Shown: positions 40,411 to 50,868 of the stretch, in pieces
How the letters are laid out: every line of letters begins with the position of its first letter
Numbering within the stretch: the first letter of the stretch is position 1
Assembly: GCA_964187785.1 (NCBI GenBank)
Contig: OZ076409.1
Location: 85,996,001-86,060,000 of the forward strand
Source of the DNA: Amphiscolops sp. MND2022
Taxonomy: Eukaryota
Direction of reading: 5' to 3'
DNA: 64,000 nt
The notes under the pieces: generated by a model
What the model saw: the letters and a program-made list of their open reading frames with translations, nothing else
The model's database searches: none
Told to the model about the DNA's origin: nothing
Translations under genes and position numbers: made by a program

Positions 40411-42349
40411 TGTCGCAGGCTGCCGCCTGTGACGGTACAAGAATCACTACTACCGCAGAAGGACAGGAAATTGCGGCCGGAACTCTACCAATATATTAGA
40501 GGTAAACATTAAAAACACAAACTTTGCTATTATTTTTTAGTCTACAAGTTGTACCTGTTATCGTTGCGAATTTTACACTTAGTATATAATTTGTTGATAT
40601 TAGTCCGTTAATGCCCACATTTGAAAATTCAGATGTTGTATTGATAATTGTAAGAGCTAGAAGTGCAGTATAAACACGCTGTTATAGCAATAGGTAGGCA
40701 GCTAGAAAGCGTAAAGGAAACGAGTTCAAGTGAACTTAACTCCAATTCCGGAGACGTCACTTGAGCTCAACCTGCTAGCCAATCATATTCATCCATTTGT
40801 GCAATAGTAGTGCTGTATTTAATTAATGGCCGGTTTAGGCCATATGCCGGGATTTCACCTTTATCTATCGGCGCTTTAGTCAAACGGCCGGTTCCGGCCT
40901 TAATGTTTAGATGAAAGGATATTAATGCGAGCACTGTTGCGTTTCGTTAAATAGTAGTCTAATCAGGTTGCTGTACTAATTAAACGTTCATTTTGGCTAA
41001 TTGGCGCTTTATTTTGTCCATTCCAATATTAGGCCGAATAAGGCCATTTGCCTGACTTCTACCCTCTGTTGCTGTGACCAATTGGACAGTGGCCGGTTGA
41101 GGCCCCTTTTCAATGCTATTATTCAGATGTTAATTACAACCATTTAGTGTACTTTAAATGTCATGTATAATTACAAGTACACCGTAAAGACTCATGTAAC
41201 TTTTGAAATTAATTGGTGTAATCAATACCAATGTATGATGTTGCTACCAATATTAGTCCAAAGGACATGTCTGACCATATTTACTAGTTGACACATGAAA
41301 TCTATGTGCATATTATATAAAGGAAAATATGTGCTGTTACATGTAACATTGATGTATACAAGTTGATGTAGCCTGCTAACGGGGCACGTGCCGACACGAG
41401 ATTGTCAGCATTCCTGAAATATTAGCGGCGTAAACATTTTAATCGATGCTATTTGATGTACCGTGTGCCTTTTGAATACTTGTTACAGTTGTCAAAACAG
41501 GAATTTGATCGGCCGCGTGACCTTACGATCACGATTCGGCGGCACTTTGATGCTTGCATAGTCGAGTTAAGCAGGTGCTTTCGGAATGTGTTTGTAACAT
41601 TTTTTAGCTGTTTGCATCATGTTTATCCCGCCCAAGGAAGTATATATAGGGGCAACTTCCTTTGGGTAGACACAATTTTTGTTTTGCTCCTAGTATTCAG
41701 TTGATAACACTTTCTCGTTAACAATCACCAATTCTGTTTTCCGGTTTTAATAATTTAATTATTCAACCCGGTTTAGTCTTAATGCCTACTACCAGAAAGC
41801 AAAAGAAGGCGAGGAAATCTAGAGGATTAGAGATTCTCTCTGACATTGAAAACCTTGACATAATGTTAGGTGAAAACCACTTCAATGATATGAGAACAGA
41901 CGAAAGTCTCGATGAAACTTCCGTTAGAAGGCAGGAAAGTGTTACAAGCAATAACTTAGAAAATGAGGAAATGGATCTCCACTCTGATCATAGAAATCCC
42001 GAAACTGGGACTAGTGCCGGCTACGACCGGATCACAGCAAGTATAGATTCTCAAGCTGAGATCAATAAGTTATCGTGTGAACTAAACTCTAGAATATCTA
42101 GGGAGATTGATGAGATGATGAACAGTGTTAGTTCTCAAATCCAGAGAGCCATAAGTGATGCCATCAATAACCAAGTTTTGCCACAAATTCAAAACGTTTT
42201 TATGGCCGGTTCAGGACAAGAGACTAGAAGGGGATGGGAGAGATCCGACGAGAGACCGGAAAGTTATTCCGAAGATCAGTATAACGCGAAAACTAGAACT
42301 ACCTTCAATGATGAACATGGTGGAAGACCACAACGTAATGTTCATGACA
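40411..42349 (+). repeat. 5' LTR (1,939 bp)
   Basis: Direct repeat of 54625-56563 with 7 mismatches seen by eye. Candidate TATA box GTATATATAGG near 41640. Confidence 0.96.
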
Positions 42350-43476
42350 TGGTGACAGGAGACAACGAATCTCCAAATCAAGTTCCTGAGTTTCTCACAG
42401 GACGAATCTCATCCAGAAATCATCTCGACAGGTCCTTCGAGGACATCAACCTCGACACGACGATCCCAGCACAAGAGAGAATCGCTACGGCTGCTGACTC
42501 CGACCCCATCACTCGACTGGCAGACGTCTTGACTACGATGCAGAATAGACCGACAGCCCAGCAACTCACCATACGCCCATTCAACTCAAATACCATGACA
42601 TTCGATGGCAAAAGTGAGAAATTCGAGCTGTTCGAAGATCTATTTCACACTATGATCAAGATGCAGCCAGAAATGACTGAGCAAATGAAGATCAATCACT
42701 TCCACTCTTTATTGAGGAAGAATGCTCTTCAGACATTCAGAAATATCAACTCAAGCAACCGACAAACTCTAGAGGACGTATTAGTCATCTTTAGACGAAA
42801 ATACGTCAAACCCGAATCACAGGCGACTGCCAAACATAAATGGCACCGTCTAGTCTTCGATCCCAATACGATGAAGCTGCCTGATTTTCTCGAAGAATTG
42901 AACCAGGGAGCCGAGAAGGCGTTTGGCGATCATGCACAGAAAATGATTGACAGCTTGCTCTACGCAAAGCTGCCACCTAAGTTGAAGCGGTCTGTCAACA
43001 TGGCCAGATTAGAAAATGGCTCATACGATGAAATTGTTGCTCATTTGGAGAGAGAGTTGGAACTCAATGCCCTTGAGGAATCAGATGACCTACCAATGGC
43101 CACAATGACCTCCTCATCTACAAAACCTAAAACTCCTCTATCCACAGGGCAACTGTCTGATATCACTTGCAATTACTGCAAGGAAAAGGGCCACATGGTC
43201 AAGGACTGCGAAAAACTGAAAAAGAAAAAAGAAAAAGATGCCCAACAAGGCAAGTCGACACAGAAGAAAACATACCCGGAGTGTGGCACTTGTGGGAAAA
43301 AGAACCACCCGGAGGAGAGATGTTGGCAAGGTGCTGGTGCACATCTTAAACCCAAACGCACTAGACCTGAGGACTCAACTGACAACAAACCCAATCCCAA
43401 GGCTCAGAAACCTCAGACCAAACCGACATCATCGAGCTCCCAATCTTCATACCCTAATGATGAGTCAAAAAACTAA
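41782..43476 (+). CDS. gag: Gag (564 aa), starting inside the LTR
   Basis: Intact ORF with a capsid-like region (TFDGKSEKFELFEDLF) and two CX2CX4HX4C knuckles (CNYCKEKGHMVKDC, CGTCGKKNHPEERC). Confidence 0.95.
   Translation: MPTTRKQKKARKSRGLEILSDIENLDIMLGENHFNDMRTDESLDETSVRRQESVTSNNLENEEMDLHSDHRNPETGTSAGYDRITASIDSQAEINKLSCELNSRISREIDEMMNSVSSQIQRAISDAINNQVLPQIQNVFMAGSGQETRRGWERSDERPESYSEDQYNAKTRTTFNDEHGGRPQRNVHDMVTGDNESPNQVPEFLTGRISSRNHLDRSFEDINLDTTIPAQERIATAADSDPITRLADVLTTMQNRPTAQQLTIRPFNSNTMTFDGKSEKFELFEDLFHTMIKMQPEMTEQMKINHFHSLLRKNALQTFRNINSSNRQTLEDVLVIFRRKYVKPESQATAKHKWHRLVFDPNTMKLPDFLEELNQGAEKAFGDHAQKMIDSLLYAKLPPKLKRSVNMARLENGSYDEIVAHLERELELNALEESDDLPMATMTSSSTKPKTPLSTGQLSDITCNYCKEKGHMVKDCEKLKKKKEKDAQQGKSTQKKTYPECGTCGKKNHPEERCWQGAGAHLKPKRTRPEDSTDNKPNPKAQKPQTKPTSSSSQSSYPNDESKN
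42350..42363 (+). promoter_or_regulatory. Putative primer-binding site TGGTGACAGGAGAC, inside the gag coding sequence
   Basis: TGG directly follows the terminal CA of the 5' LTR. The primer tRNA was not identified (partial resemblance to Leu/Trp-type PBS). Confidence 0.7.
43467..43473 (+). promoter_or_regulatory. -1 programmed ribosomal frameshift slippery site A_AAA_AAC
   Basis: Lies immediately before the gag TAA. The -1 frame is open from 43473 (LTSPRLQYNELISVRQY...) into the pol ORF. A GTCCGA..TCGGAC stem follows at about 43512-43535. Confidence 0.85.
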
Positions 43477-46400
43477 CTTCGCCACGACTCCAATATAACG
43501 AATTAATATCTGTCCGACAATACATCAGATCGGACCCTCCAACGCAAACCTTCCACCAATACAAGCAGCAATTGATGGGCTACCCCTCTGTTGTCTGGCA
43601 GCAGCAGATGGAAAAAGCTACCATCATCACCTACAATAATACCCATTTATTCCAGAAACCAATTCCTGTTTGGGACCCTGATTACACCACTACCTTCACC
43701 ACCCGATTCAGGCCCATTCCCCTAATCGATGATTACAACCCAACATACATCGATCCAGACTACGGCAGAGACCCCTATTGGGACACAGAACTTTACAACC
43801 AAGACTCACTGCAATTTCAATATGTCCTGGACGATATTGACCTTTACAACAGAACAGTCCACGAGAATCCTCCAATTACCCATAACAAGAAAACACGAGC
43901 GCTAATCGAAAACTGGCAAATGAATGATGGTACAAACCACCCAGTGTTTCCAAACCCACTGGGGACCGAGAATACTGAAAACAGTGGTGAAATCACGCCA
44001 CAATCATTATTAGATGAAAAACAATTCCAAAATGTACTCATCACCAGAGATGGTGAACCAGACTGTATACCCCTGTCAACCAACATCAACCTCAAATGCA
44101 AGAAACGCATGCTTTATTTCCCAATGGACTTTGGGGAATTGACCATTGATGGACTAATAGACACTGGGGCACTGTCCAGTGCAATACCTGAAATTGACCT
44201 CCGGAAAATCCGCCTTCTATCTCCACAATCTGTTATCCGAGAAGGTCCGCCTCCGAACTTCCAAATCATGGTCGCTAATGGGCAACTGGAAACTCCTAAG
44301 AGTACCATAGAGCTCAAATTCGAAGTTGGTGACATTGAGTTCCATGAAATTTTTATAGTAATGGAACATTTGACAGGACCGATCATTGGACTAATGTTCC
44401 TTCAGAGAAATCATACAGTGCTGGACATGAGACAAGGGATACTGAATTTCCCGTTCTTTTCAATGCAGCTCAAAACAGCTGACCATAAGTACTCAAACGT
44501 ACTTGAACCAATCCTCAACCCTGCTGAAATAACCATTCCGCCAAATGACAGAGTCCTAATCCGGACTAATTCCTTACTATACCCTGAAAATGCTGTCACT
44601 GGGATCTTGCAACCGAGCGACCTTCTACATGAAGAAGGCGACATAACATTCTGCCCAGCCTTGGTCACTCTGAATGATGGCAATATAATGATACCAGTGA
44701 ACAATTTCACAGACCACCCTTATAAACTCAAAAAGGGACTTCATATTGCCAATTTCTCTGTCATGACGCCAGAACAGATGAAGTATGTCAAACCGGTAGA
44801 TCCGGCATCAACCTGGCACCTTTTGCAGAATGACCAGGAGCAAGCAGCCCATTATATCAGCAGTCTCATCAAAACCAATAGAAATCCACAAAACACTGAA
44901 AATTACTGGTTCCCAACTCCAGAAAACCCTGGAAATCCTGAGGAACACACACCTATACAAAAACGAATCCTACGCGAGCTACAGGTCTTACAGGACTTGG
45001 AGACACTCGACCCTACCACAGATGCAGAATCACGTGCAAAATTCTTAGAAAACTTCGACTGGAAAGATTCCACCCTTACTCCTGAAGAAAAGGAGAAAAT
45101 TGAGGAATTGTTAGTGGAATTCCATGATATCTTTGCACGACACCGATTTGATATAGGCATGAACGAGGAATTCAAGGTGAAACTGACACCTAAGGACAAT
45201 TCCCCAGCCTATAGTCAAAGCCTTCCAGCTCCTATCAATTTGAAGGAGGACATCCTAGTCGAATTAGCCATGTTACACAAATATGGCATCATCACCACCC
45301 TACCGTTCTCAAAATACGCGAGTCCAATATTTGCACAGAAGAAACCGAACGGGAAACTCCGACTCTTGGTTGACTTGAGAAAAATCAACAACCTCATCTC
45401 AGATGATTATATCAACAACAATCATCCCGTCAGTACACTAGTTGATGCTGCCCAACACTTGGCAGGCAAAAAACTGTTCTGTAAATTAGATTGTTCGCAG
45501 GCATACCACTGCCTACCAATGGCCGACCAACGCTCAATCGAAATGTTGGCTTTCAATTTTGCCAGTCGCACATTCGCTTACCGACGCTTGGCACAAGGCC
45601 TTAGCCGGTCACTATCCGCATTCTCCAGTTTCATGAGAGAATACCTTGACAAAGTCATTAAAGCGGATCAGTGTGCCCAGTATGTGGACGATATCGGCAT
45701 CGCAGCCAATGATGTCGACCACCTCATGACGAACCTGAGAGCCACGTTCAAATGCATCCAGGAAGCAGGCCTTAAGTTGACAATGCACAAATGTCACTTC
45801 GGCGCAAAAGAAATTGATTTTCTCGGACGGACTATTACCCCACAAGGCGTCAAACCTCAGAAACAGAACGTACAAAACTTTCTGGAAAAGACCAAATTCC
45901 CAAAGTCGAAAAAGGCTTTACAGTGCTATTTGGGATTCCTAAACTATTACAGGAATTATGTCCCAAGACTCTCCGAACGCCTTGCTCCATTCTACAAGAT
46001 GCTCAAAAGTGACGAAAAAGTCCTAGTATCGAAAGAATTAGTCCAACAATTCGAAGAAATCAATAGGGCGCTAGACAAATGTTGCGACTTGGCCCTACAA
46101 CAACCCATTCCGAACAAACAAATAGCACTAATGACTGATGCAAGTTTTGGTGCAGCCGGATACGCGGTCCTAATCGAAGACGACCCAAGCCAGAAATTTA
46201 CGTCACTCAGAAAATCATATGCACCAGTTGCATATGGATCAAAAACTTTCACCCCACCGCAGATAAAGATGTCAATTTATGCCAAGGAATTCCTTGCAAT
46301 TTATTTTGCATTCAAAGAATTCGGACATATATTTTGGGGTGCGCCGAAACCGGTCATCATCCTTACAGACAACAAAGCTGTTACGAGATTTTTCCAAACA

Positions 46401-48680
46401 AAAATAATACCCCCAGCCCTGTGGAACGCGTGTGATTATGTCATTCAGTTCAATTTTGTCATAGCACACATCCCAGCGTCACAAAATACAGCCGCCGACT
46501 ACTTGTCCCGATTGGAAGCAGATCCAAAGGACAAATTGGTGATGAAAATTCGTGAAGATGTACAAACACTACCAATCGAAATCAATGTCCAATCCGCAGG
46601 GGTGTCACAGGAAGAACAAATCTTCTACACCAATGACGACGATGAGACAGAGGAACAGTTTTGGGCAAGAAAAGAAGCAATCAGGAAAAATCCAGCAACT
46701 GATGAGCCCACTGTCACTACACAAACTCTGTCAACAAATCTGGTCAAGCAACACCCCGACATACAAGTCCGATTGAGGAAGACAAACCAGATCATTATCG
46801 AGCAATCCAAAGATGCGGTACTACAACAATTGAAAGCAAAATTCCTTCATGAAGATTATTCAGAAAACATACTACAACAGGATGCCAGATACAGACACTA
46901 TGCAAATAATCTGGAACGAATTGTACTAAAGGACGAAATCCTGACAAGGCAATACTTCGATGAAATAGGGAATGTTAAATACCATCAAATTCTACTCCCG
47001 CAACATTTACTCCAGGAATTACTCCAATCCCTTCACGGGACAGCACATAAACATCCTGGGATTTCAAAAATGCTGCAGGAAATTCGACAGAGGTATTACT
47101 ACCCTAACATGGCTAAACACGTAAAAAAGTGGGTAGAAGGGTGCGAACAATGTGCCAGAGACAAAAGAGTCCCTAACGCAACGATCACACCTGAGCTGCT
47201 CAACTTGCCCGAATGGGACCTCGGACCTGAAGACGCCATGCAAATAGACCTATTGCCGAATCTTCCCCCAAGTGGTGGGTATGAAAACGTCTTAACAGCA
47301 ATTGATGTATTCTCGAGATATTTGTTTGCCTATCCCCTTACGGACGCATCAGCGATCAATGTAGCAAAAGCGCTCATTGACATTATGACTAAACACTCAT
47401 ATCTACCAACAACTCTTATCACTGATAAAGGTACTGCATTTACTTCTACAATTATTGCAGAGGTTACGCAGATTTTGGGCATCACACTCAAATGTGCAAC
47501 GACAAAACACCCGCAGACAATTGGGAAATTGGAGCGAACCCATGCCTCATTGAAAACAAATCTCAAAATGGCATGTGGGGAATATCGCCGACAATGGCAC
47601 AAATACCTGCCATTAGCAGTACTGAATCATAATACTAGTTATCACGCCAGCATCGGTTGTGAACCGACGAGAGTATTCCATGGAAGAATTCCATTTAATA
47701 TCTTAGATCACAAACTTGGAAATAATCCAAATGAGCAGATCAACCCCACAACCGAATTTGCTGAAGAAATCCAAAACCGGACAAAAATCCTAATTGACAA
47801 AACGAAGCAGAACATTATGCAGTCGTATATCAAGTACAAAGAATATTACGACCGCAAAGCAAAAGCTGCTCCATTGAAGGAGAATGATTACTGTTTCGTC
47901 TTACAGCCGAAAGCGGATCATCAGGGATCAAAAATTCCATTCCGCGATTACCGTTGGGTGATACCATTTGTAGTCCAAAAAGTTTTGCCAAATGAAAACT
48001 ATATAGTACGACGGATCAATACGAACAAAACTCAAATTTTGCATCGCATTCGCCTGAAGAAGTTCGTCCCCAATCAACCGCTTGAGGATAATTTCCGAGA
48101 ACAACGTCTGCAGCCAGACGAAGAAATTGTCATTCCGCAAGATGACCTATACGTCATAGCGTGGGAAACAGATTTTGGCGAACAGCTAGTTACACGAGAC
48201 AACGAGCCTATTCCGACTAGCGTGCCGAATGGCGAACAACCGAATGCGGCACAACCGAATACACGTGACGCACACGAGAATGAAGTGGATTATGTAATCA
48301 CGAGCGATGAAACAAATCTTGCTGATCGTGCGTCGCATAGCCGGGATGAACGATTAATTGATGACGTCACTACAAGAAATGAAGCTAGTGAACAGTCTAG
48401 AAATGAAGAACCTGATTGGCCGAATCCGGCCATTTCCCCAAAAAGCCATGAAAAATCTTTGCCGGATACGGCAGACAGCCTAAAAGACAAAGAAATTTTA
48501 CCCGATGAAAATTTTAGAAATGAAATCGATGCACCAAATTCTCCGAAAAAGGGGGATGATATTATCGTGCCCGAAATATCTGAAAACGATGCTAGAAATG
48601 AAAGTCTGAGCCCTAGAGGAGGGAAATATAACCTCAGGCCTAACCCTAACCCAAACTATCCAGAAGACTTTAGATACTAA
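43473..48680 (+). CDS. pol: Pol polyprotein: protease, dUTPase-like fold, RT, RNase H, integrase
   Basis: Uninterrupted frame with LIDTGA (~44160), YVDD (45681), LMTDAS and LTDNKA (RNase H), an HHCC (H..H..CEQC) and a D,D,E core (QIDL, ITDKG, KLER). Confidence 0.97.
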   Translation, partial: LTSPRLQYNELISVRQYIRSDPPTQTFHQYKQQLMGYPSVVWQQQMEKATIITYNNTHLFQKPIPVWDPDYTTTFTTRFRPIPLIDDYNPTYIDPDYGRDPYWDTELYNQDSLQFQYVLDDIDLYNRTVHENPPITHNKKTRALIENWQMNDGTNHPVFPNPLGTENTENSGEITPQSLLDEKQFQNVLITRDGEPDCIPLSTNINLKCKKRMLYFPMDFGELTIDGLIDTGALSSAIPEIDLRKIRLLSPQSVIREGPPPNFQIMVANGQLETPKSTIELKFEVGDIEFHEIFIVMEHLTGPIIGLMFLQRNHTVLDMRQGILNFPFFSMQLKTADHKYSNVLEPILNPAEITIPPNDRVLIRTNSLLYPENAVTGILQPSDLLHEEGDITFCPALVTLNDGNIMIPVNNFTDHPYKLKKGLHIANFSVMTPEQMKYVKPVDPASTWHLLQNDQEQAAHYISSLIKTNRNPQNTENYWFPTPENPGNPEEHTPIQKRILRELQVLQDLETLDPTTDAESRAKFLENFDWKDSTLTPEEKEKIEELLVEFHDIFARHRFDIGMNEEFKVKLTPKDNSPAYSQSLPAPINLKEDILVELAMLHKYGIITTLPFSKYASPIFAQKKPNGKLRLLVDLRKINNLISDDYINNNHPVSTLVDAAQHLAGKKLFCKLDCSQAYHCLPMADQRSIEMLAFNFASRTFAYRRLAQGLSRSLSAFSSFMREYLDKVIKADQCAQYVDDIGIAANDVDHLMTNLRATFKCIQEAGLKLTMHKCHFGAKEIDFLGRTITPQGVKPQKQNVQNFLEKTKFPKSKKALQCYLGFLNYYRNYVPRLSERLAPFYKMLKSDEKVLVSKELVQQFEEINRALDKCCDLALQQPIPNKQIALMTDASFGAAGYAVLIEDDPSQKFTSLRKSYAPVAYGSKTFTPPQIKMSIYAKEFLAIYFAFKEFGHIFWGAPKPVIILTDNKAVTRFFQTKIIPPALWNACDYVIQFNFVIAHIPASQNTAADYLSRLEADPKDKLVMKIREDVQTLPIEINVQSAGVSQEEQIFYTNDDDETEEQFWARKEAIRKNPATDEPTVTTQTLSTNLVKQHPDIQVRLRKTNQIIIEQSKDAVLQQLKAKFLHEDYSENILQQDARYRHYANNLERIVLKDEILTRQYFDEIGNVKYHQILLPQHLLQELLQSLHGTAHKHPGISKMLQEIRQRYYYPNMAKHVKKWVEGCEQCARDKRVPNATITPELLNLPEWDLGPEDAMQIDLLPNLPPSGGYENVLTAIDVFSRYLFAYPLTDASAINVAKALIDIMTKHSYLPTTLITDKGTAFTSTIIAEVTQILGITLKCATTKHPQTIGKLERTHASLKTNLKMACGEYRRQWHKYLPLAVLNHNTSYHASIGCEPTRVFHGRIPFNILDHKLGNNPNEQINPTTEFAEEIQNRTKILIDKTKQNIMQSYIKYKEYYDRKAKAAPLKENDYCFVLQPKADHQGSKIPFRDYRWVIPFVVQKVLPNENYIVRRINTNKTQILHRIRLKKFVPNQPLEDNFREQRLQPDEEIVIPQDDLYVIAWETDFGEQLVTRDNEPIPTSVPNGEQPNAAQPNTRDAHENEVDYVITSDETNLADRASHSRDERLIDDVTTRNEASEQSRNEEPDWPNPAISPKSHEKSLPDTADSLKDKEILPDENFRNEIDAPNSPKKGDDIIVPEISENDARNESLSPRGGKYNLRPNPNPNYPEDFRY

Positions 48681-48905
48681 AGAATTGAATTTTCCCGACA
48701 GTGGGAGTTCTTTTCTTCTATCTTTTTTATTTCTTTGGACCCCTCAAGTGTTTTTTTTCAATAAATAATTGGGGCATTACAAACGATCCCTCGCAAGGAA
48801 AATAAATACGGGATCAAGAAACCAAGAACAACAAGATGAAACAAATAGTACAAACAGAAATGAACAAAGTTTACAGTCTGAAAGTACATAAATACTTATG
48901 TACAT

Positions 48906-50062
48906 TTAGTCTTTAGAGGACCCTTGAACGGCTTTCTTGGATGCAGACGAAATTGTAGAACTGCTACTACCTGCTCGCTTCCTCTGCTTCTTGGAAGGCA
49001 CCTTTACAGCTGAATCATCAGGGATGGACGAGGCGGTATCCTTTTCTATCCGGACAGAACGAGTAGAAGGAACAGCAGTAACGGCCTTATAGGAAGTGAG
49101 AAGACTCTTGTAGATCTTAGACCTACCAAACTCATCCACAAGGGTCCACGGATCGTAGTCAGCAGAGAAAGCAGAACGCTCGAAAGAGGAACTGAGAACT
49201 GAGAACTTCTCTAAATTGACATCCGAGCAGCAATGAGAAATGGAATTGGGCACACAGGAAAGGTAACTCTGGCAAGGCACCACTAGATCGGCAAAACGGC
49301 CCTGACACCCCGTTGTGTCAACACTCCCGAACAGTACTGGGGGATATTGGGGGCTAACACTAGTCAGACACAAGCAGCAGAGTTTGAACAGATAGAACAG
49401 GTGCTCATGAGTTTGGAAAAACTCAGGCCCCATTAAAAAGTCTATAAGATCGACGGAATTCTCCATTAGATCGAAATCTGGAGGATAGTTGACCCGGAGG
49501 TAGTCCAACAGAGCCAGATATTCGTCTCGACAACTGTTCTCGTTGGCGCTAGTGACCCATGATCGAAGCTGGAAAGTAGAATATAGCACATCGAAGTGCC
49601 GGAGCCCGACCTCAGAAGGCCTTTTGAAAAGCACGAAGGGATCAAAAGCAGCCAACCCCTTTATCACTTCAGAGCTCAGACCAGCTTGACTAAGGACTTG
49701 CTTGACTAGATACTGAATGAATTGCAACGCCTCTTTGACAAAGCTGCTGGTCTTCTCTGCAGCCGTCTTCTCGATAGCAGCCTTCTCCGATTTCTTGTTC
49801 AGGTGTGTGACTTCTGCACTCTGTTTACTAGCTGTAGCTATCCGGTTTGTGAGACGGTGCCGGATAAGGAAGTCTTCCTCACTCATGAATTTGCCCTCGC
49901 TCACCTTAAACCCGAGAAGGAGGAACCACGAGTTCTCGAGGGGAATAGTTTCTGGCAAATAACATCGGGCGCACAGTTTTGAAACAAAGCGGCAAACCTC
50001 CCCACAGAGGAAGAACGAAGCATCACGGCGACCCCGCAGATTGATGGCGAAACTGGTAACGT
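48906..50062 (-). CDS. Antisense accessory gene, last exon
   Basis: Long open frame after the acceptor tatttcag|. HLFYLFKLCCLCLT resembles the hAT C-terminal dimerisation helix. Basic, Ser-rich tail (PSKKQRKR). Confidence 0.7.
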
Positions 50063-50201
50063 CTGAAATACAACAGTTGTGATTATGAGAGGAATAGGAT
50101 ATACAAACGAGACAATGTTGATAGTGATTCAACAACTCAAGGAACTAAATTATCAGAACGATGTCTTAGTGCACTGACGTGAAATGAAACCGTATACTCA
50201 C

Positions 50202-50786
50202 AATCGCCAATTATACGTTGGATTGTCTCACAACCAAATTGTCTCTCAAATGCACCTACCTTCAAACCTCTAACTACATGAGTGAACTTAATATACTTAC
50301 TCTTCCCAGATCAGGAGATTCCAGAACCCAGTCCTCACCAGTAGCGGCTCCCAATGAAACGATCAGGCACTTTAGGACAGAGAAGAAGTCGATCCGTCCA
50401 AATACGCTGTAGGTGGGCTTGTGCATCATCTTCTGAAGCTGCAGCTGCTCAAAACGAAAGCAACTCTGCATTGCTCGGGGAAAGAACTCATTGTGATCTA
50501 TGGTTTGGATCAGCTCTACAGGACATCCTGAACAGGCGACGATATCGGCTTTGGTTGAAACCACAGATAGTAGTCTGGATATCGAACCCAAGTCTCCAGT
50601 CAGATCAGCGGAGGGAAGCCCACTTCGGCACACAAAGACGCGACAAAGAGAATCGCCTTTCCAGAACTTGATGGACATGAGCCTATTCACGCCCACATTC
50701 TCAAATTCGATAGCGAAGCATTGGGTGGTAGCAATTTGCTCTGCTAATTCACTCATGGCACAATTGAAAATGTGTTGGAAGATGGC
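50202..50786 (-). CDS. Antisense accessory gene, middle exon (apparent 1-nt frameshift near 50305)
   Basis: Acceptor tttttcttctttag| at 50787 and donor |gtgagt at 50201. Reads AIFQHIFNCAMSELAEQIATTQCFAIEFE...ESPDL / GKSKYIKFTHVVRG..IIGD. Confidence 0.65.
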
Positions 50787-50868
50787 CTAAAGAAGAAAAA
50801 GACAATTATGAAATGTGTTGGGAATCTATACCCTCCCTGAGTAAATGTTAGCCTGAAAGGGAACTTAC

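Noticed and set aside
41453..41704. 83-aa ORF duplicated at 55667-55918
   Set aside because: Its identity is explained by the LTR duplication. It spans the candidate TATA box and has no motif.
43844..48490. Numerous short minus-strand ORFs over pol
   Set aside because: Antisense shadows of the long pol frame.
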